A stretch of 52,839 nt of DNA from Octopus bimaculoides (Eukaryota), in assembly GCF_001194135.2 (NCBI RefSeq), contig NC_068984.1, positions 118,852,150 to 118,904,988 of the forward strand, read 5' to 3'. The notes beneath the pieces were generated by a model. The model had not been told where the DNA came from and did not search any database. It saw only the letters and a program-made list of their open reading frames with translations. The position numbers and the translations under genes are program-made. Positions 10,430-22,886 of this stretch are shown here, one piece after another; the first letter of the stretch is position 1, and every line of letters begins with the position of its first letter.

Positions 10430-12450
10430 AGCAGGCAGTTTTGTATTGTATGACTAGAGGGTGGGCTTGCGTGTTCGTATCAAAAACATTTGATCTATTC
10501 TTTTCATTTGTTCTGCTTCTTTTCCAAGCAATCACAATGGAGATGTTTTTCATAATACTGCCCCAGAAATCTCTGCCTCCCATTAGCTTTGGTGGATCTT
10601 TAATTTGTTTCCACCAATAATGTCAAAATAACTAAGTGGTTATCATCCTCTATTAGGATGCAGAAATCTCCAAAATATAATATTTGATATGGCCTGTTGT
10701 TCAGTATTATAGCAGCATCTAGCAAAGCCTACCCTGCATTGAGCAATAATTGTAGAGATGGATGGAATGTGTTCATAAATCTCCCCTTTGGTCTTGTGTT
10801 CACCCATAAGATGAGGCTTCTCACCTCATGATAATCCTGGTGTATGTACCATCAATGAAATCTTGAACTTCTTTCTTCATAGTTCAAGTTTTGATTCTAT
10901 AGAAAATAATGTACTTCACGCATACCCTGAAGAAGGCCAGCCTTCTTGACTTAGAAGTACTGGACTGCTAAATATTAGGTTGTTCCAAAAATAATGGCTG
11001 TTCTAAGTATTGTGTTTTAAAATGCAATTTTATTATAGTATTTTAATTATATTTTAGGTGAATTTCGACATACTTAATAACTGATGTATGCTCTTTAATA
11101 ATTTTCTACTTATTTTAGACAGAAAACATTCTTGAAACATAGGCGTCCTTAATTATAAACACAACAAAAAAGGACCTTTGCTTACATTTCTTGTTTGAGT
11201 TCAAGCTTGGGTACAATGCCTCTCAAACTGTTGCCAATATCAACAGAGCATGGAGAGAGGGGTCCACAAGTGAATTGCACAGTATGAAGGTAGTTTCAGA
11301 AGTTCCATAGTGGTGATGAGAGCCTTGAAGATGAAGAAAGTAGAAAACGGTCATGCAGTCTTGACAATGTACAATTGAAAGTAATTGTTGAACAAAATCC
11401 ACGGCAAAGTGTCAGAGAAATGTCTCAGACACTTGGTGTCAGTATTGCAACGGTCTCATGCAATTTGCAGAAGATTGGTAAGGTGAAAAAGCTCGATAAA
11501 TGGGTAAAACATGAACTCAATGAAAATAAAAAAGTTCACCATTTTGAAGTGTGCTTGATGCTCTTTCTGCGAAATACCAATGATCCTTTTCTTGACTGAA
11601 TAGTCACTTGTGACGAAAAGGGAATACTTTATGATAACCATAAACGATCAGGTCAATGGCTTGATCGTGTTGAGTACCCCAAACATTTCCCAAAGCCAAA
11701 GTTGCATCAGCAAAAGATTATGGTGACTGTCCGGTGGTCTGCAATTGGTGTTGTCCATTACAGCTTTCTGGAAGCCAATCAGAGCATTACAACAGAGGAT
11801 TACTGCAATCAACTCACTGAAATGCATGCTCACTTGCAAAAAATGAGACCTGCATCAGTGAATCAGCATGGCCCAATTCTGCTCTATGATAATGCAAAGC
11901 CACATGTTGCAAGAATGACGCTGCAGAAACTGCAGAAACTTGGGATACAAGACTTTGCCACATCCTCCACATTCTCCTGATTTTTTACTCACTGACTACC
12001 ATTATCTTAAGTAATTAAACTTTCAGGTCCAAACCAGAGGTGGAATCAGCTTTCAAAGATTTCTTAGCATCAAAGCCAATAAGGTTTTATCAACGAGGCA
12101 TAAATAATCTCGTTGATCGATGGCAGAGATGCATAGATGTTCACAGCTCACACTTTGACTAATCAAAACATTTCTGTTGTTAAATTTTCCAGAATAAAAT
12201 TATGCTTCTGAAATCAGCCATTATTTTTGGAACAACCTAATATTTTGAAGCTTGTTACAAGCAACTAAGGTTGTCCCTTACATACCAGAAAGTCTTACTG
12301 TCAGCAACATGATTCAAGGTACCTGAAATCACCAACCTCCTTGAATTTTGTGTCATCACTGGAACAAATTGGCAGGAGTGCTTTCATCTTCATCGATGGT
12401 CATTTATTCAGTCATCTTTGTATAGAGAAACCAATATCAACAGAGCATGT
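10430..12450 (-). mobile_element. Old RTE-clade LINE ORF2 C-terminal fragment, interrupted by a mariner at 10975-12240
   Basis: Minus-strand translation: FKEVGDFRYL...ACNKLQN|I*QSSTSKSRRLAFFRVCVKYIIFYRIKT*TMKKEVQDFIDGTYTRIIMR...GEHKTKGEIYEHIPSISTIIAQCRVGFARCCY...QAISNIIFWR. This is a decayed match to the RTE post-RT region. Confidence 0.75.
10975..12240 (+). mobile_element. Full-length (1266 bp) mariner DD34D element with a dead transposase
   Basis: Perfect 26-bp TIRs ttaggttgttccaaaaataatggctg and TA duplication at 10973-10974 and 12241-12242. Motifs WVKHEL, IVTCDEK, LLYDNAKPH and a degenerate SPD..TDYH are present, with in-frame stops and frameshifts. Confidence 0.95.
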
Positions 12451-13399
12451 ATCTCTCTAACCTTGATTATACTAATTATTTTTTTCTCCTCACAGCTCAT
12501 CAGCTGTGTGATGTGCAAGGGTAGGAAAAAACTAGAGAAAGTGATTAGTCTCAGAGAAAAGAAACAGAATGAGTGATGATGTGCGACAGAAATGCATGAG
12601 TGGAGGCAGATATATATATATAGTCGTGTGTATATATATATATATATATATACATGACTATATATATATCTGCCATAGTCCATCTGTGTCTCTCATTTAT
12701 GTATTTCTTATTCTAGGCACTGCATGAAGCTCTTAACTGTTTTCCATGCCTTCACTCCTTCAATAAGCAAGGGTCTTTCAACCCAATATTTACATACTAT
12801 TATTTATAGCTTTATGTGCTTTGAGATCCACTGCTCTAAAAAAAAAATACAAATTATATCATGTCTTCTCAAAAGTTTATAAATTCTTATGATGTCAGCA
12901 GCATACAATTCTCACTGGTAAGGATAAAAGTTTCTAAAATGGACAGAGAAATTTGAAGGATTACTTTGGTCCAATGGTAGAACACCTTTCATGTCTAAAA
13001 GGGTTCAAGTCTCATTAGCAGCTTTCAACTTTTTCTGTGCAAAAGAGTTTTCCAACCCAATATTTACATGCTGTTATCTATAGCTTTATGTGCTTCAAAA
13101 TCCACTGTTCCACAAAAAAAAAAAAAAAAAAAAAAAANNNNNNNNNNTTATTTAGCTAAATCTCCATATGGTGGAAAAAAGTTGTACTACAAAAAAAAAA
13201 AAAATGAAAATGATAGAGAAAAAATTTGAAGAGTTATAATTTGAACACTAGAAGAAAAGAATCTCGGACACAGAGATAGATACAAGAGAAAAATATATAT
13301 ATATAAAGGTAGATCAAAAGCATTCAGGTAAAATAGATTTTCAAGATAAAATAGTAATAACAATAACAAATCAATTCTGTTGATTGTCATTTTAAACAG

Positions 13400-13660
13400 C
13401 TGTGAGTCATAGATTGCTTTTGTTGTTTAACCCCAGGCTAACTGATCCTGCAAACCTATGATCAAAACCATTCAAACTGTAACCAATCATTTTTTCATTT
13501 GTGTTTTTCTTTTATTTTTTCCAGATATACTGTCTCTGGACTTCATTATTCAATGTGTAATTTATTTTTAAGACTCTCAGGTAAGATTTGACTGAGATTT
13601 TGCTGTTATTTGTAGCAGATCAAGCTGCCACATAGAGAGTCTTTCATCAGTTTATACAAA
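13400..13660. repeat. Dispersed repeat; an inverted copy lies at ~27780-28060
   Basis: Shared blocks such as tttaaccccagg...tgatcctgca..cctatgatcaaa and gagattt.gctg.tatt, seen in opposite orientation at the two sites. Confidence 0.65.
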
Positions 13661-14879
13661 TGTGAGTAATAGGCTGCTCACTGTTGTTAGTGATAGCAAT
13701 GTTACTAGCAAACAGGATGTTTTGCTGTGTCTTTGTTTTCCTCAAGATGACAGCTGTGCAAAGGAAAAAGATTGAGAAAGTTTTCTTTCCTAAATGTATA
13801 AATTTCAGTCTTTATGTCACTTTAAGCTTCAGAGAAAATATTAATACTTTAAGAAGACTCGATAAATTTCTTTCTCTCTAATCTGTTAGTTTTCTACACA
13901 CATACACATACACATACAGGCATAGACACACATATACACACATGTATATGCATTCTTTCTTTCTCATATACTCTCTCTCTCTCTTTCTCTCTCTCTAACT
14001 CACTCACTCTCATATTCATTAAAAAATATGTGGTTTCTCAAACAAATAATTGTAGAAAACAAAGCAATCAGAAAAGCAGCTTCTCTGAAATAAAACAAAT
14101 ACTTCATACAATTAAAAAAGAAGAAACAATGGTGTAAAATGGTTATGAAGGGTATGCAAACTGCATATGCATGTGATTGCAGTAGTAGAAGGTAAGAAAG
14201 ACAGCAACCAGTTTGGCTACAACAAAGACAAGCCAAAACGCATACTATGCCACTGGGAGGGAATATATTTATGACTTAATTTCTACCTGAGTGGTCAGAT
14301 TGATGTGGCTGATGTTAAAGATTGACCAGCTGTGATTCAATGCTTTTGAAGGAAAATGTGTGTATATATGGAAACAAAATTCTAAGGAGAAACACTTTCA
14401 TAGATATCTTCTCTCGTTCTCATATACTCTCTCCATCTCACTCACTCACATATTCATAAAAAATATATGTGATTTCTCAGTAACATGGTGTGTGAAGAGT
14501 ATGCAGATTTCGCAGATCAGCCACCACTGTAAATATGTACAGTTGCAGTCGTTGAAGGTATGTTACACTAATGAAAGATGGCAGTCAATTTGGTTAGAAC
14601 AAAAGGCAGCCAAAAACCTATGCTATGCCACTAGGACAGAGTATGTTCATGACTTAGGTTCTACCTGAGTGGTCAGATTGATGTGGCTGATGTTAAAAGA
14701 AAATATGTGTATATGGAAACGAAATTCTAAGGAGAAGGGTAATGCTCTGGGTAGGAAAAACTAGAGAAAGTGATTAGTCTGAGAGAAAAGAAACAGAATG
14801 AGTGATGATGTGTGACAGAAATGCATGAGTGGAGGCAATATGCAAATAGCTAGCTAAGGAGCAGAGGCTATTATAGTAG

Positions 14880-15950
14880 TGGTAGTAGAAGAGAAGAGAT
14901 TGAGAAGACAGCACTTGTATAAGCTACAGGTTGGAGCATGTTGGTGAGTGAGTCTTTTTCAATTGGTTGAATGACTTTCTTTTGGAAGCAGTCGAGGATA
15001 TTTTTGTGTATAGCAATAAAATCATTTCAAAAGTAGAAGCAATATTTTATTACAGACCTCAAAGAGCATAGGTAGCTGTATGGAGCTGAAATATTTTCTG
15101 TTATTAAAAAAAAGGAAGTTAGATGCTATGGGATGCAGTTTTGCTATGGTATGTATGTGAAATCATCAGTAATTGTGAGGGTCAAGCATTTGTAGTGACT
15201 TTAAGAGTTTTAATGGAATGCTCTTTGTGATAATAGAGGATGATGTAAAAGAGTATTTTCAACATATGTGCAGTGGTTTTATTTTTATACTGTTGAAGGA
15301 GATGTTGTCATGGGCACATTGTACAGTAGAAGTTTGATGTGAGTTGTCTAAGCTGCATGCAGATGATGCATGTGAGAATTGTTAGAGGTTCATTAACATA
15401 CAATATGGGTGACATTAGAATTGAAAGCATGTTGGTTCATCTTTGCACACTTCAGTGTTATGATCTGACTGGCAGCTTCCAACCCATGAAATTAGAGTTG
15501 GATGGAGTCCACATACAGACAGTTTAGCTAGGAATTTATCATGCCATATACAATCAAATGCCTTATAACTGTCAAGTGCAACAAACTGTTTTTGCTGAAT
15601 TACTCGAAAGTAAGGGATTCTGTTGAGTAACAGAGGAGAGCAGAACTCTGGTTGTTCTGAATCAACAGAAACTATGCTAGTAGTTGTTGAAAAGAGAGAG
15701 AAAGATTCAAAGCATTGGAGAAATTGTTAACAATTGTTTTCATCACTTTTGAGATACTGGAAGGAAGAGATGGACGGTTTTGCTTCTTTGGATTGGGACA
15801 CACTGTAGAATGTTTCCAAAGACCAAGTTTGGGAGAAGTTTGGTGAGTATGGAGCTTGAGAGAAGTTTGGTGAGTAAGGGGCTAACTCTGGGTTGTACTG
15901 TTTAAAGGTTTATGGGTGAGTTGGATAACTTTTCTAGGTGTTGTACATAG
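14880..15950 (-). mobile_element. Old CR1/Jockey-group LINE ORF2 (RT) fragment
   Basis: Decayed minus-strand motifs: WKHSTVCPNPKK, SISKVMKTIVNN, VALDSYKAFDCIWHDKFLAKLSVCGLHPTLISWVGS and RKYFSSIQL. It may extend further toward ~17300. Confidence 0.7.
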
Positions 15951-16153
15951 TGCCCTTAGCCTGTACTACTGTAAGTGAACAATTTGGGTGGATTGAAGTT
16001 ATGAAGTTTGGTAGTGTGAGGGGTGTAGAGGGTCATTTCTAAAAGAATAGTTTCAGTTACCAACTTTGTTGTCTCAGATGGATCAGGAGTTAAGCATAAG
16101 TACTTCCAAGATTAGTTTAAACTGGCAGAGTTCTGACAAGTTAGCTGACTTAA

Positions 16154-16354
16154 CCCTTTGCCATTCAGATTTTTCTATCAAACATAATGCTTTTTCATTC
16201 ACATTGACTTGAATCAGCCATGCATTACCTTGTAGCTTTGATATTTTGATGATGTGATTGTATATTTTTAGAATGGCACTGTAAGATAGGTATGAGAGTC
16301 CAGACATGGCCCATTTGAACAGGTAGTATATTTTGGCCTGATATGGCTAAAGGG
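16154..16354. mobile_element. MITE with TTAA target duplication (piggyBac-type ends)
   Basis: TTAA|ccctttgccat ... atggctaaaggg|TTAA, with TTAA at 16150-16153 and 16355-16358. Confidence 0.8.
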
Positions 16355-18209
16355 TTAAAGTACCAAAGAGTCTGGAAGAGATTGTGATGGTATATAGTGT
16401 GAATATGTGGAAGATAGCAATGACTAAGCAGTAGTTGTATGTTTGGACAGACACAGAAACAGTGATGGTTTTTTAGAATCAGGCTTTAAAGATGAGCAAG
16501 AGATCAAATGTGTCTAAAGTATCTGTTTATCAGTCAAAGATGTGTTTAGAGAGTTAAGAATTGCAAACAGTTCAGATTCAAACCAGCAGTATCAATGTGG
16601 AAGATGTGTGAATATAATGTTATTCTTTGAGTCACTTTTATATTGGTTTATTTGAGTCACTTTTATATTGTTTATTTGTGGTGGAAAGAAGAAATACTCA
16701 TGACATGAATTGTTGTCAAACACTCTGTTGATACCTGTTTGTAGCCCAGTTAGATGTAGGAAGTCTTGGATGTGCTTCTGAAATTTTCCTTCCTAGGAAA
16801 GAAGAGGATATGGAATTATGCTCCAGCTGATTAGGGCAGCTTTCTGAGGCATTCCCCACAGATCATGGCATGATCTGGCAGCAAACCTCCCCTGAGAAAC
16901 TTTACCAATCTGTACTCTCCAAGAAATGAAGATATCACTTATTGGAAAGAGTAGTGAAAGTCAATCCATCAAGAGATAATGACATCCTTCAGTTGGGAGA
17001 CTAGTACAAGTATTCACAATAGCGTAAACTCTGCCAAAAGAAAGCACCTATGGGTTAGGAGGTTGCCTTTCCATAGATTTGTTGAGATTACCACCCATGG
17101 AAAAGAAAAGGTTAGAGCCATGCTATTTTATCAGGGCATCAGCACTAAAGCAGTTGTCTTCAGAGCTCAGACACTTCTCTGTCCTATTTTGATCATTAGT
17201 GATCTCAGAGGAAATGGCTTCTGGATGTGTTACCTTCATTTGACTGGCTTAGATGATACAATACAATTAACGGCTATATTAGGAAAACCACCATTCTGAA
17301 ACAAAAGTAATATTTTACAAATTTGAAATAATTTTTAAGTCTAAGAAGGTAATCTTTTTAGCTGATTAAATGCAATTAATATCTCTGAATGTACAATAAA
17401 TGTATCTGTCCAATTTCCATAACAACAGTTATTAATATGAAGGACAGCCAGATATGAAAATTTTGTGCAATACAAATTATGTGTCCAGTTAAAGAAATCT
17501 TGTTGAACTAACTGTGTAGAACTTGAGCAAAATACTTTGGTTTCTCTAATTTGATTAATATAGTTGAAGAATATTTCAGATGTAGTCTGGGAAAGTCTTT
17601 TATTATTAGCAAGTCTGAGAGCAGAGCATGAGCTCATGTTGCAAGGAAAACAAAGGTAAGAGGTTTTCTTGTCGAATATTATTAAGTGAATTAACCACCA
17701 GGAAGAGGCCAGAAAGATGTCAGTTTGCTGTCATAAAAACCAGCTAAAACTAACCATTGAAATCATTGAAATGGTTGGAACTGAGACAAAAAACAAGGGG
17801 GAAACTGAAGCTCAGAACCACTCCAACTAATGCCACTCCATCATCACTGGAACTGACATTTCTGGAGTCAAAAGAAACAGAAATGTCAAAGAATGCAAGT
17901 ATTAGAAAGGAACTAACAATGAGCTGAAGATTAGTCTATTTTTGGAAATCAATGAGAGGGAAATGAGTTTGGCATTGCAATATTCTTCAGAATAAAATAA
18001 CCTATATTTAATGAGGTTTAATAATAGAAACAGATACATGGATGGTAAGATGCAAACAAAATGGGTGGAACAGTGACAGTGGTATGTTGATTAACCTTGT
18101 TTTCACATCATTATATAAATTGACAATTGATTAGACTTGAAAGAGAAATATTTTTTTTATTTATCTTTGCTTATGCAATATGAAAAATATGAACATGGAT
18201 GAAATTGTG

Positions 18210-18242
<33 letters not shown>

Positions 18243-18249
<7 letters not shown>

Positions 18250-18388
18250 GTTATGTGATTAAAAAGTTCACTTTGCAACCATGTGGTTTCAGGTTCAGTC
18301 TTGCTGCAGAGTAAGTGTCTTCTATAGCCCTTGGGTAATCGATGCTTATGAGTGAATTTGGTAGATTGAAACAGTGGGAAAGCCCATG
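18243..18388 (+). mobile_element. SINE family A head, between (TG)n and (TA)n
   Basis: Homologous to 20960-21129. Confidence 0.75.
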
Positions 18389-18433
<45 letters not shown>

Positions 18434-19279
18434 TCAAAAAGGGATAAAACTCTTTTGCAGGAATTTTATCAAGAAGCCAGTGTGTAAAAAAATTCATAAG
18501 GGAAATTTCTATTCCCAAGAATATAATTATTCGTTTATATTTATATAAAGGGCATTTGGCGTTATTATTTTCTGTAATAATGCCCTTTATATAAATATAA
18601 ACGAATATATATATATATATATATATATATAACAAAACAGGAGATTGGGAAAAAACGTATTTGATATTATTTATTCACTATTACATTTGTTTCATTTCCT
18701 AATGGGAGTTACAAAATTATACATGTAGAAGAAACATGTAAGACATCTCTTATTAGAAATTCTTCAGACAGAGAACCAAATAATCATTTGATTCTCTATC
18801 TGAAGGGTTTTCTATGGCTGGATGCTCTCCTTGTCATCAACTCCTCCAGTTGCCAAGTAGGATAATACTTCCTCATGTCTGCATATTTTTACTGGTGGTT
18901 GGAAATAATACAGCTTGTATAATGATGATTCTGACTCTTGTTAATAACTATCGCACTGCACATGTATGCATATGTCTGTTTTCTTATTTGTATGTTGATA
19001 TTCTTCAGGTGCTGCTAAGAAACCCTGTCACCATATTAGGTGATGTCATTGTTTACATCTGGCATTGAGTGGTTCATTTAAACGACCAGATGAATCAGTA
19101 CTTTACTTGGAAAGAAGCAGGAGTTGGCAACTAGAAGAGCATTTATCTTGCAAAACCTGCCTGAGTAAGTTTTCACTATCCCATGCTTGGATGGGGAAAA
19201 AAATTGAGCGTCAAAACGATTATATATGTGTCTTGCAACCATACAGCATTTTTGTTGTATATGTATATTTTATTTTGTC

Positions 19280-19488
19280 ATGTTTGTTTTTGTCATTGTT
19301 CTGTACCTTCATTAGCTATCCCCAGGGGCTTTTCACCACTGGCACCAGCAAGTCAACAATATCAATGTTAAGGTGCAAAATTGTAAGGATCTTTTGGACT
19401 TTGACTGATGAGGAATTAGCTATGAATTTTCTGTTTGTTACGTTTTTGTAAAATTTTCCATTTGTTGTATTTTTGTTAAATTTTTGAA

Positions 19489-19540
<52 letters not shown>

Positions 19541-19789
19541 NNNNNNNNNNNNNNNNNNNNNNNNNNNNNNNNNNNNNNNNATGTTTGTTTTTGTCATTGT
19601 TCTGTACCTTCATTAGCTATCCCCAGGGGCTTTTCACCACTGGCACCAGCAAGTCAACAATATCAATGTTAAGGTGCAAAATTGTAAGGATCTTTTGGAC
19701 TTTGACTGATGAGGAATTAGCTATGAATTTTCTGTTTGTTACGTTTTTGTAAAATTTTCCATTTGTTGTATTTTTGTTAAATTTTTGAA

Positions 19790-19830
<41 letters not shown>
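19280..19830. other. Apparently identical ~260-bp duplication on both sides of a 40-N gap (probable assembly overlap)
   Basis: 19280-19540 and 19581-19830 read the same by eye and both end in (TA)n. Confidence 0.8.
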
Positions 19831-19834
<4 letters not shown>

Positions 19835-20590
19835 GTCATCCAATAAATAATGCAGTTTTTTTATACTTCTTTTATTTTTCAAAATTAAGATAAACAAAGT
19901 TCTTTTTTAATCTAAAATATACTTTTCTTCATTTTCTACAATGCTCTGGTAGACCTGCAATGCCCATCTTCCAAAATTCACTTGTCTGTGATGAAAAATA
20001 CTCCTCCAGTACTGTTCTGACCTCGTCTACAGAATTCATATTTTTTCCATCCAAATGGTTTTGAAGACTACAGAATAAATGGTAATCTGATGGGGCAATG
20101 TCTGGTGAATATGGTGGGTGGAGCACCATTTCTCATTCACACTGCTGTAGCCTTTGGAATGTCATCTTCACTGTATGTGGCCGAGCATTATCTTGATGGA
20201 AGAACACCTTTTGTCTTGAAACCAAAGATGGTTGTTTTTCTTCTAGTGCTGGTGTTGAAGAATGGTTGAATGACTAAATCCAAGCTTCTTTGCTAGTTCT
20301 TCAACAGTTATGGTCAGATTTTCTTCCACCAGGGTTTGTAGGACATCCTCGTCAAGCTCTAAAGATCTTCCAGAACAACACTCATATTCTAGGCTGTTGT
20401 TTCCAGCTTGGAATTTCTGGAACCACCGTTGACACTGGCTTACACTTATTGTCCGATCCTCATATACTGCATTAATATTCCTCACACTTTTCATTGCATT
20501 GTTGCCTTTATTGAACTCATAAAGCAAAATATGCCAAATATACTCTTTTATCACTTCCATTATAGCTTTGAAAAATAACTATTGAAATCC
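19831..20590 (-). mobile_element. Mariner DD34D element, internally deleted and lacking its 5' TIR
   Basis: The HTH region (MEVIKEYIWHILLYEFNKG...QCQRWFQKF...LGFSHSTILQH) is fused directly to KQPSLVSRQKVFFHQDNARPHT...VLHPPYSPDIAPSDYHLF, with 34 residues between the second and third Asp. The 3' TIR ttaggtcatcc starts at 19831 right after (TA)n. Confidence 0.92.
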
Positions 20591-20958
20591 TTTCAAGTGT
20601 TGGGTCTCATGGAGGCAAGTTCCTTTCAAGCGTTGGGCCTCATTGAGGCAAAGTGGCTGAGTTCTTTTTGAGTGTTGGGCCTCTTAGAGGCAATGACCAA
20701 GACCTTTCGCATTATGTCATGCTTGAAAAGAAGAACCATCAAGGTGAGCAAAATCACAGTTGTGGCAGATACTGGTGTCAGGCAAATGGCAGCCACACTG
20801 GTGGCACGTAAAAGCACCCATTACACTCTTGGAGTGGTTGGTGTTAGGAAGGGGGTCCAGCTGTAGAAACCATGCCAAATCAGACTGGAGTCTGGTGCAG
20901 CCTCCCAGCTTGCCAGCTCTGGTCAAACCATTCAACTCATGCCAGCATGGACAATGGA
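20590..20958 (+). mobile_element. RTE-type 3' UTR copy with internal subrepeats
   Basis: aaaagcacccattacactcttggagtggttggtgttaggaagggggtccagctgtagaaac...ccagcatgga, as in 7300-7460. It is preceded by three ttcaagtgttgggcctc-like units. Confidence 0.7.
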
Positions 20959-20959
20959 C

Positions 20960-21129
20960 GAGTGAGTGGCTGTGTGGTAAGTTGCTTGCTTACCAACCAC
21001 ATGGTTCCGGGTTCAGTCCCACTGCGTGGCACCTTGGGCAAGTGTCTTCTACTATAGCCTCAGGCCGACCAAAGCCTTATGAGTGGATTTGGTAGACGGA
21101 AACTGAAAGAAGCCCGTCGTATATATATA
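20960..21129 (+). mobile_element. SINE family A head, least-diverged copy in the window, running into (TA)n and a gap
   Basis: A-box-like tggctgtgtggt, B-box-like gggttcagtcc, and CORE-like ggcaccttgggcaagtgtctt. Confidence 0.9.
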
Positions 21130-21429
21130 NNNNNNNNNNNNNNNNNNNNNNNNNNNNNNNNNNNNNNNNNNNNNNNNNNNNNNNNNNNNNNNNNNNNNNN
21201 NNNNNNNNNNNNNNNNNNNNNNNNNNNNNNNNNNNNNNNNNNNNNNNNNNNNNNNNNNNNNNNNNNNNNNNNNNNNNNNNNNNNNNNNNNNNNNNNNNNN
21301 NNNNNNNNNNNNNNNNNNNNNNNNNNNNNNNNNNNNNNNNNNNNNNNNNNNNNNNNNNNNNNNNNNNNNNNNNNNNNNNNNNNNNNNNNNNNNNNNNNNN
21401 NNNNNNNNNNNNNNNNNNNNNNNNNNNNN

Positions 21430-21468
<39 letters not shown>

Positions 21469-22163
21469 CAGACAGACAGACAGACAGACAGATAGATGCA
21501 TTTCAATTTAAAATAATAGAAAAAAAATAAACACATGTCAGAATTTATTCATAGATTAGAAGTTAACAATACAGCCACAATCAAGTGAAACTTGAAACAA
21601 TATGTGTGTGTTTGCACGAAAGCTATAGTGTTAATATTTTTATACAGGCTGTATATATTATGTAGACAGGGCTTTAGTCTTCTCAAAAACATCTCTAGGA
21701 CTTGTAGCACCATAAAATGCACCTAGTTCGCCATACAATATTGTGGTTGGTAATAAGATGATCTGTATTTTTACTCATGAAAATCATACCAAAATATAGC
21801 ATGATATAAATGACAGAGTTGGTTGCTTTTCTGTCTGCTGTTGTGTATCAAATGACAAAATATTTCAATGAATGGCAGGACACTATGGTGCCTGTTGCAA
21901 CCAAAACAACATGCAAAAAGACAGATGTCAAATGATGTGAAGAAGAATGATGTACATGCAAGGTCAGAGCTTGATTTCAGTTAAAAAGCAACACTTATGC
22001 ACAAAGAGATAAAATACAGCAGCCCACAATGTGTGGCGAAAACAATGTCTAGAAACATATATNNNNNNNNNNNNNNNNNNNNNNNNNNNNNNNNNNNNNN
22101 NNNNNNNNNNNNNNNNNNNNNNNNNNNNNNNNNNNNNNNNNNNNNNNNNNNNNNNNNNNNNNG

Positions 22164-22384
22164 TGTGCATATGTTTGTGTGTCTGTGTTTGTCCCCCCAA
22201 CATCGCTTGACAGCCAATACTCGTGTGTTTACGTCCCCGTAACTTAGCAGTCCCAGGCAAAAGAGACCGATAGAATTAGTACCAGGCTTACAAAGAGTAA
22301 GTCCTGGGTTGATTTGCTCGACTAAAGGCTGTGCTCCAGCATGGCCACAGTCAAATGACTGAAACAAGTAAAAGAGTAAAGAGT
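22164..22384 (+). mobile_element. SINE family A tail half
   Basis: gtttgtccccccaacatcgcttgacagcc...ctccagcatggccacagtcaaatgactgaaacaagtaaaagagtaaagag. Confidence 0.88.
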
Positions 22385-22886
22385 ATATACATACAAATAT
22401 ATAAAAACACTACATTCATTATTATATTAGGAGATACAGATTGACAACATCTGAACACTGGTGTTTTTCCTCTGACCTTTTTTTTTGTTTTGGATTCTTG
22501 AAAACATTACTTTAGTCATTAACCTCAGTCAAGACCTTACAAATAATTTTTCATGATCCTATCTATGAATTTTCTTTATCATCTTAGAATCACTACAAAA
22601 TGCTGAAATATATTCACAACTTCTACAGATTTCATTTGACTGATGCAAGGAGAGGTGAACGTTTAACAAGGATATGTGTATGCATGCATGTAAATGCATT
22701 CCTTTATATGCACAAAATTGGAAGTGTACAAGCATAAATGCATACATACCAACATACATTTTTATGCAGACATTCATGGTTATGTGTACAATATAATCAT
22801 GAGTGTATTTTTGTTTGCATATCAGCTTATATGTATTTATGTGTGTGTAGTGTGTTCATACATATATATACACACACTTATATACG

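Noticed and set aside
12496-12520. 25-nt possible microexon (LISCVMCK)
   Set aside because: It is too short to assess, and its donor belongs to the duplicated 90-bp block.
13525-13580. 56-nt segment with strong splice signals (ccag|...cag|gtaaga)
   Set aside because: It lies inside a dispersed repeat with another copy at ~27780-28060, and two of three frames have stops.
19011-19164. Acceptor-to-gtaagt segment overlapping the 84-aa and 128-aa ORFs
   Set aside because: All three frames contain stops from this acceptor, and there is no recognisable protein motif.
19280-19830. Biological tandem duplication
   Set aside because: Identical copies flank a small gap and both end in (TA)n, so an unmerged contig overlap is more likely. 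The same applies around 9463-9472.
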